Below, in pieces: positions 26,982 to 32,000 of a DNA stretch of 32,000 bases. Source of the stretch: Candidatus Saganbacteria bacterium (GTDB lineage: Bacteria > Margulisbacteria > WOR-1 > JAKLHX01); contig JAPLKZ010000010.1 of the NCBI GenBank assembly GCA_026387835.1, positions 176,379-208,378 of the forward strand, given 5' to 3'. The position numbers were made by a program, and so were the translations under genes. Within the stretch, counting starts at the first letter, position 1. Each line of letters begins with the position of its first letter. A model generated the notes under the pieces. That model saw only the letters and a list, made by a program, of their open reading frames with translations, was not told the origin of the DNA and made no database searches.

Positions 26982-27863
26982 TTACAAGCCAAGGGCTTTC
27001 TTTGCCGCTGCCCACATTATCTCGACCGGAGCGCCTTTGCCAGTCCAGACCTCGAGGGAAGCCGCGCCCTGGCGCACAAGCATCCCGAGACCTGTGATCG
27101 CTTTAGCGCCTTTTGACCTCGCCAGCTTTACAAGCTTTGTTTCTGCCGGATTATAGACAAGATCGTAAACGAAAAGGTCTTTATGAAAAGGGAAATCATC
27201 CCCGACCGGACAGGCGTTCACCTTCGGGTACATACCGACAGGAGAAGCATTCACTAAAATATCCGCCGCTGTGATCACCCTTGAAAGTTCCGCGCTGTCT
27301 TTTATTAACTGCAGACTGCCAAAATATTTTGACATGTCTTTTATCAGTTTTTCCGCCTTTTGTCTGTCAATATCAAATACCGAGACTTTGGCCGCTTTTT
27401 TAAAATAAAGGCCGAATACCAATGCCCTGCACGCGCCGCCTGCTCCAAGGATGACGGCGTTTTTGCCAGATGGATCGATCTTCGCGTCATTTTCAAGAGA
27501 ATCGATAAAGCCTATTGAGTCGGTATTACATCCGGACAATTTGCCGTTCCGGTTCTTTACGGTATTTACAGCCCCTATGATAGTTGAAGCAGCATCCGTA
27601 GAATCGATATATTTGCTTGCCGCTTCTTTGAAGGGTACTGTCACATTGAAGCCTAAAACGTTGCCGAGCCTGAACTTTGATATTTTTTCCGCGAGATCTT
27701 TTTCGTCATGCACAAGCATCGCTTCATAATTGCAGTCCAGCCCGAGATATTTTAGCGCGGCATTTTGCATCTGCGGCGAGATGCTGTGCCCGACAGGATT
27801 GCCAATAAGATATAGATATTTCATGGCCAAATAAAGTATAACATCGCCGGCCTTTACAGGCAA
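26982..27863 (-). CDS. aroE: Shikimate dehydrogenase
   Basis: YLIGNPVGHSISPQMQNAALKYLGLDCNYEAM, GFNVTVPFK, NTDSIGF, AVILGAGGACRALVFGL, GLGMLVRQGAASLEVWTG. Confidence 0.97.
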   Translation of the reverse strand: MPVKAGDVILYLAMKYLYLIGNPVGHSISPQMQNAALKYLGLDCNYEAMLVHDEKDLAEKISKFRLGNVLGFNVTVPFKEAASKYIDSTDAASTIIGAVNTVKNRNGKLSGCNTDSIGFIDSLENDAKIDPSGKNAVILGAGGACRALVFGLYFKKAAKVSVFDIDRQKAEKLIKDMSKYFGSLQLIKDSAELSRVITAADILVNASPVGMYPKVNACPVGDDFPFHKDLFVYDLVYNPAETKLVKLARSKGAKAITGLGMLVRQGAASLEVWTGKGAPVEIMWAAAKKALGL

Positions 27864-27940
27864 AGATCAGCGTTTAGGAACAACAATTCATTTACTTAAA
27901 AGTGATAATAATATATAATATTCAGACAAAGGAGAATTGC

Positions 27941-28405
27941 ATGAAAAAGCCGAAGATCGCCGTCATTGTCGGCAGTAAAAGTGACCTTCCGAAGATCGAA
28001 GCGGGGCTTGCGCTTCTTGATAAATTCGGCATAACACACGAACTGATCATTGCTTCGGCACACAGGACCCCGCAAAAAGTCATGGCTTTTGCAAAGAATG
28101 CCGACAAGGACTTTGAGCTGATCATCGCCGGCGCAGGAATGGCGGCGCACCTGCCGGGAATCATCGCTTCATATACGACGCTTCCCGTTATCGGACTTCC
28201 GATATCGTCCCAGGCCCTCGGCGGTTTTGACTCTCTATATTCGATAGTACAGATGCCGCCGGGGATCCCTGTCGCGACCGTGGCTGTGGACGGGGCCAAG
28301 AACGCGGCTATCCTTGCGGCGCAGATACTCGCGTTGAAGTATCCCGGATTGACCAAGAAACTTAAAGATCTAAAAAAAGAGTTGAAAGTGAAAGGGAAAA
28401 TCTAG
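27941..28405 (+). CDS. purE: 5-(carboxyamino)imidazole ribonucleotide mutase
   Basis: IAVIVGSKSDLPKIEAG, SAHRTPQKV, IAGAGMAAHLPGIIAS, LPVIGLPISS. ATG at 27941 with GGAG upstream. Confidence 0.97.
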   Translation: MKKPKIAVIVGSKSDLPKIEAGLALLDKFGITHELIIASAHRTPQKVMAFAKNADKDFELIIAGAGMAAHLPGIIASYTTLPVIGLPISSQALGGFDSLYSIVQMPPGIPVATVAVDGAKNAAILAAQILALKYPGLTKKLKDLKKELKVKGKI

Positions 28406-28472
28406 TGCCCGGCAGCTCGTGACCGGTGTCCGGTACAAGTCAAGGGTCACAGGCCGCTAGTCACTTGTCTTT

Positions 28473-29051
28473 ATGAACCTAAACTGGATAGATATTGTCG
28501 TTCTCGTTATCCTCGGCTTGACCGTTATCCGCAGCTTTTTGCGCGGCATGATAAGGTCGATCTTTGACATCATCGCTCTCGGGGTCTCCATCTGGCTCGG
28601 TTTTATCTGGTACAGGGATGTCTCTCTTTACCTGACAAGCTATATCAAGCTTCCCGGCAATCTGGTCTATACGATCAGTTTTTTGCTTGTATTTATAGGG
28701 GTTTATCTTATCACCAGTCTCATAGGCTATCTTTTGCACCGACTGATCGGAAGAGGCTTTCTCGGACCCGTTAATTCTCTTGCCGGAGGCGCTATCGGTT
28801 TTGCCAAAGGTATTATCATTGTCTGGATAGCTCTCCAGATCATAATAATATTCCCGCTCCCGCCGAATATTTCGACCCCGTTAAAGACTTCCCAGACATT
28901 GAATATTTTAAAGCCTGCGCTTGAGTTCACGGCGCAGACAGTATTCAGGATAATGCCTAAGGATATTCCGACATTTAATGACTTTTTCAAGGACGACAAG
29001 CCGGGCAAGAAAAAGGTTATCATAGAGGGGAAAGAAAGGATAAAGCACTAA
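28473..29051 (+). CDS. CvpA family membrane protein
   Basis: NWIDIVVLVILGLTVIRSFLRGMIRSIFDIIALG, multiple TM segments, LLHRLIGRGFLGPVNSLAGGAIGFAKGIIIV. Confidence 0.88.
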   Translation: MNLNWIDIVVLVILGLTVIRSFLRGMIRSIFDIIALGVSIWLGFIWYRDVSLYLTSYIKLPGNLVYTISFLLVFIGVYLITSLIGYLLHRLIGRGFLGPVNSLAGGAIGFAKGIIIVWIALQIIIIFPLPPNISTPLKTSQTLNILKPALEFTAQTVFRIMPKDIPTFNDFFKDDKPGKKKVIIEGKERIKH

Positions 29052-30241
29052 TGAAATATATCATCCTCGTGGGTGACGGGATGCCTGACAGGCCCTTAAA
29101 AGAACTCGGCGGCAGTACACCGCTTCAGGCGGCCGAAACTCTCAATATGGATTTAGTCGCGAGTTCCGGAGTTTGCGGGATGGCTAACTTTGTTCCGGGC
29201 TCCATGCCTCCAGGCTCTGATGTCGCGAACTTAAGCCTGTTCGGCTACGACCCGTTGAAATATTATACGGGAAGAGGCCCTTTCGAGGCCGCCAGCATGG
29301 GAGTGGCGCTTGAAGAGAATGATGTAGCCTTCAGGTGCAACCTCGTGACAATAAAAGACGGGGTCATGGATGACTTCAGCGCCGGCCATGTCACAACTGC
29401 CGAAGCAAGGAAGATGGTCCTCGAACTGAACTCCAAACTCTCAAGCGATGAGGTGAAATTTTATCCGGGCGTCAGCTACCGCCACCTTTGCGTTATCAAG
29501 AACGGCCCGCGCCAGGCCGAGTGCACGCCGCCGCATGATATCAGCGGCAAAAATATTGGTGCTTATCTTCCGAAAGGCCAGGGAGAATCGCTCTTGAACG
29601 AGCTGATGCAGAGGTCCATCCCTTTCCTGCAAAGTTCCGCGGTCAATAAAAAACGCGTAAAAGCCGGGCAGAAGCCCGCGACACAGATCTGGCTTTGGGG
29701 ACAGGGAGTAAAGCCTTCGATGCCGACCTACGAACAAAAATATAATGTCACGGGCTCGGTCATCACGGCTGTCGACCTGATAAAAGGCATCGGCGTCTAT
29801 GCGGGCCTCGATGTCATAAATGTGCCGGGCGCCACGGGATACCTGGACACAAATTACAAAGGAAAAGCGGAGTATGCCCTGCAGTCGTTAAAAGTAAAGG
29901 ATTTTGTCTTTGTCCACGTTGAATCTCCCGACGAGTGCGGCCATAACGGCGACATCAAAGGAAAAATAAAAGCGATAGAGGACTTTGACAAAATGGTAGT
30001 GGAAACTATATTAAAGGGCGTCAGGGATTTTAAAGAATGGAGGGTCCTTGTGACAGCGGACCACCCCACCCCGATAGCTATCAAGACTCACGCAAGGGGA
30101 ATGGTGCCTTTCGCCGTCTGCGGCACGGGCATCGAAAAAGGCGGGATAAAAAAGTTTTCTGAAAAAACCATCGAGAAGAGCAGGATAAAGATCGAAAAGG
30201 GATACACGCTTCCGTCAAAGTTCTTTAAGGGGGTATTCTAA
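29051..30241 (+). CDS. apgM: Cofactor-independent phosphoglycerate mutase (ApgM type)
   Basis: [79 protein letters not shown]. Confidence 0.95.
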   Translation: MKYIILVGDGMPDRPLKELGGSTPLQAAETLNMDLVASSGVCGMANFVPGSMPPGSDVANLSLFGYDPLKYYTGRGPFEAASMGVALEENDVAFRCNLVTIKDGVMDDFSAGHVTTAEARKMVLELNSKLSSDEVKFYPGVSYRHLCVIKNGPRQAECTPPHDISGKNIGAYLPKGQGESLLNELMQRSIPFLQSSAVNKKRVKAGQKPATQIWLWGQGVKPSMPTYEQKYNVTGSVITAVDLIKGIGVYAGLDVINVPGATGYLDTNYKGKAEYALQSLKVKDFVFVHVESPDECGHNGDIKGKIKAIEDFDKMVVETILKGVRDFKEWRVLVTADHPTPIAIKTHARGMVPFAVCGTGIEKGGIKKFSEKTIEKSRIKIEKGYTLPSKFFKGVF

Positions 30242-31107
30242 TGGATAAAATAAAGACCGTCGCGATAATCGGCATGGGCCTCATCGGCGGTTCGCTCGGG
30301 ATGGCGATAAAAAACAAAGACCTCGCCGAGAAAGTCATCGGGGTAAGCCGCAACGCCGATCATCTGAAAGAAGCAAAAGCAAAAGAAGCGCTTGATGAAT
30401 TCACTATCGACCCGATCGAAGCCTCCAGGGACGCAGACCTCGTATTTGTGACCACTCCGATCAGGACCATAGTCCCGATAGTGAAAACGATCTTTCCGGT
30501 GGTAAAAAAAGGTTGCATAATAACCGATGTGGGATCTTCTAAACTTGAGATAGTCGGGGAACTTGAAAGTATTTCTCCGGAAGGGATATTTTTTATCGGA
30601 GGCCATCCTATGGCGGGATCGGAACGCTCCGGGATCAAGGCCGCGACAAAGTTCCTTTTTGAAGGAACGAACTATTGCCTTACTCCGACCGGTAAAACAG
30701 ACAAAGAAGCTTTAAAAAAACTGATCGCGTTCATAGAAAATTTCGATGTGAGGATATCGGTCATTCCGCCCGACCTGCATGACATCGCCGTGGCGGGGAT
30801 CAGCCACATGCCGCTCGCTGTCGCGGCCAGCCTTGTCAACATGGTCTGCGACATGAAAGAAGCAAAGACCGAGATGCTGGCCCTTGCCTCTTCCGGGTTC
30901 AGGGATACTACCCGCATTGCCGCCGGCAGTGTCGAGATGGGCCGCGACATGTTCACGACCAACAAAAAAGCCGTACTAAAAATGATCAAAGAATTCAAGG
31001 CTTCACTCGAAAAGATAGAGGCCGTCATCGAAGAAGGCGACGCCGAAAAGATCACCGCGGAGCTTGAAAAAGCAAAAAAACTAAGGACGGATATGTATGC
31101 AGCTTGA
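30241..31107 (+). CDS. tyrA: Prephenate dehydrogenase
   Basis: VAIIGMGLIGGSLGMAIK, TDVGSSK, IGGHPMAGSERSG, ISHMPLAVAASL, SGFRDTTRIAAGS. Confidence 0.95.
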   Translation: MDKIKTVAIIGMGLIGGSLGMAIKNKDLAEKVIGVSRNADHLKEAKAKEALDEFTIDPIEASRDADLVFVTTPIRTIVPIVKTIFPVVKKGCIITDVGSSKLEIVGELESISPEGIFFIGGHPMAGSERSGIKAATKFLFEGTNYCLTPTGKTDKEALKKLIAFIENFDVRISVIPPDLHDIAVAGISHMPLAVAASLVNMVCDMKEAKTEMLALASSGFRDTTRIAAGSVEMGRDMFTTNKKAVLKMIKEFKASLEKIEAVIEEGDAEKITAELEKAKKLRTDMYAA

Positions 31108-32000
31108 GATGTCGCCGGCAAAAAGTATCCGGGGAAAGATCTCTGTCCCGGCCGATAAATCCATTTCTCACCGTTCGATAATGCTGTCTGCTTTATCGGA
31201 CGGCAAATGCCTCATCGAAAATTTCCTGGAAGCGGAAGACTGTATGAGGACTGTCGAGTGTTTCAGGACAATGGGGATCGGGATCACCAAAGATAAGGAC
31301 CTAAATAACGCCTATATTGTGGACGGGAAAGGGATGTCGGGACTTTCCGTTCCGAAAGACATCCTTTACGCCGGAAATTCCGGAACTGCGATAAGGCTGA
31401 TCCTTGGCATACTCGCGGGACAGCCCTTCCAGGCGATGATAACAGGGGACGAATCGATCAAAAAAAGGCCGATGCTGCGCGTCGTGGAGCCGCTCAGAAA
31501 TATGGGGGCGCGCATCACGGGCAGAGAGAACGGCAACTTTGCCCCCCTCGAGATAAAGGGAGGGAACCTGAGATCTATAGATTATGTCCTTCCGGTCGCA
31601 AGCGCCCAGATAAAATCTTCTTTGATGCTCGCTTCCCTTTTTGCCGAGGGTGTGACAAGGATAACCGAACCGGCCGCTTCAAGGGACCATACCGAGAGGA
31701 TGTTCGGGCATTTCGGGATACCTTTCACAAAAAAAGAAAATACCATCCATATCGGTAAAGTCCAAAATATCAGGCCTGCTTCCGTGTGGATACCAGGGGA
31801 TATTTCTTCGGCCGCATTTTTTATCGTCGCCGCGCTTATCGTGCCCGGTTCGGAGGTCCTGATCAAAAATGTCGGGTTAAACCCCACAAGGACCGGTATC
31901 ATCGATGTCCTGCACCGCATGGGCGCAAAGATCGAGATCCAAAATGAAACGATATTATCGGGGGAGCCCCGCGGAGATATCATCGCAAGATCAAGCGATC
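31097..32000 (+). CDS. aroA: 3-phosphoshikimate 1-carboxyvinyltransferase (EPSP synthase), 3' truncated by window edge
   Basis: Manual translation from ATG at 31097: MQLEMSPAKSIRGKISVPADKSISHRSIMLSALSDG..., AGNSGTAIRL, RPMLRVVEPLRNMGA. Absent from the supplied ORF track because it has no stop in the window. Confidence 0.95.
   Translation, partial: MQLEMSPAKSIRGKISVPADKSISHRSIMLSALSDGKCLIENFLEAEDCMRTVECFRTMGIGITKDKDLNNAYIVDGKGMSGLSVPKDILYAGNSGTAIRLILGILAGQPFQAMITGDESIKKRPMLRVVEPLRNMGARITGRENGNFAPLEIKGGNLRSIDYVLPVASAQIKSSLMLASLFAEGVTRITEPAASRDHTERMFGHFGIPFTKKENTIHIGKVQNIRPASVWIPGDISSAAFFIVAALIVPGSEVLIKNVGLNPTRTGIIDVLHRMGAKIEIQNETILSGEPRGDIIARSSD

Noticed and set aside
27922-28356. 144-aa minus-strand ORF opposite purE
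   Set aside because: Shadow of a canonical purE.
1-32000. CRISPR array, phage/transposon module, toxin-antitoxin or known defence island
   Set aside because: No regularly spaced direct repeats, cas-like, integrase, transposase or defence motifs seen; the XRE regulator and GIY-YIG protein are standalone and insufficient to call a system.

Overview
The window is mostly a dense housekeeping region of a bacterial chromosome from a lineage I cannot place firmly (possibly an uncultured candidate phylum). Supported content, left to right: a partial hypothetical CDS at the left edge; a secreted hypothetical protein; gatC-gatA-gatB; an orphan CheY-like receiver; a short radical SAM protein; rpsP-khpA-ylqD-trmD-rplS-lepB-rnhB (minus strand, no rimM in the run); aroC; ispH; a sensorless histidine kinase; dapL; a divergent short class III fructose-1,6-bisphosphatase; dapF; queD; murI; an AMIN/amidase_3 cell wall amidase; cca. 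These are followed by an AT-rich accessory patch (methyltransferase, XRE regulator, FxLYD-like lipoprotein, GIY-YIG nuclease), then ssrA (tmRNA), two small hypothetical ORFs, smpB, plsC, a shortened PilB/GspE-type ATPase, aroE, purE, and cvpA-apgM-tyrA-aroA (aroA cut by the right edge). I found no CRISPR array, classical tRNA, rRNA, transposase, phage module or obvious defence system. The most interesting item is the tmRNA on the minus strand (22763..23180). Its only reading frame consistent with the resume position and the stop codon in the P5 loop encodes an unusually long 30-aa tag (AETLKDLVGRVQWVVCNADVLAGSPAFSLS) that does not end in the canonical ALAA. It is packed directly behind smpB and two uncharacterised small ORFs. 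Other notable items are the divergent FBPase III, the collapsed zinc motif of the pilus-type ATPase, the missing rimM, and repeat structures beside the tmRNA and aroE.
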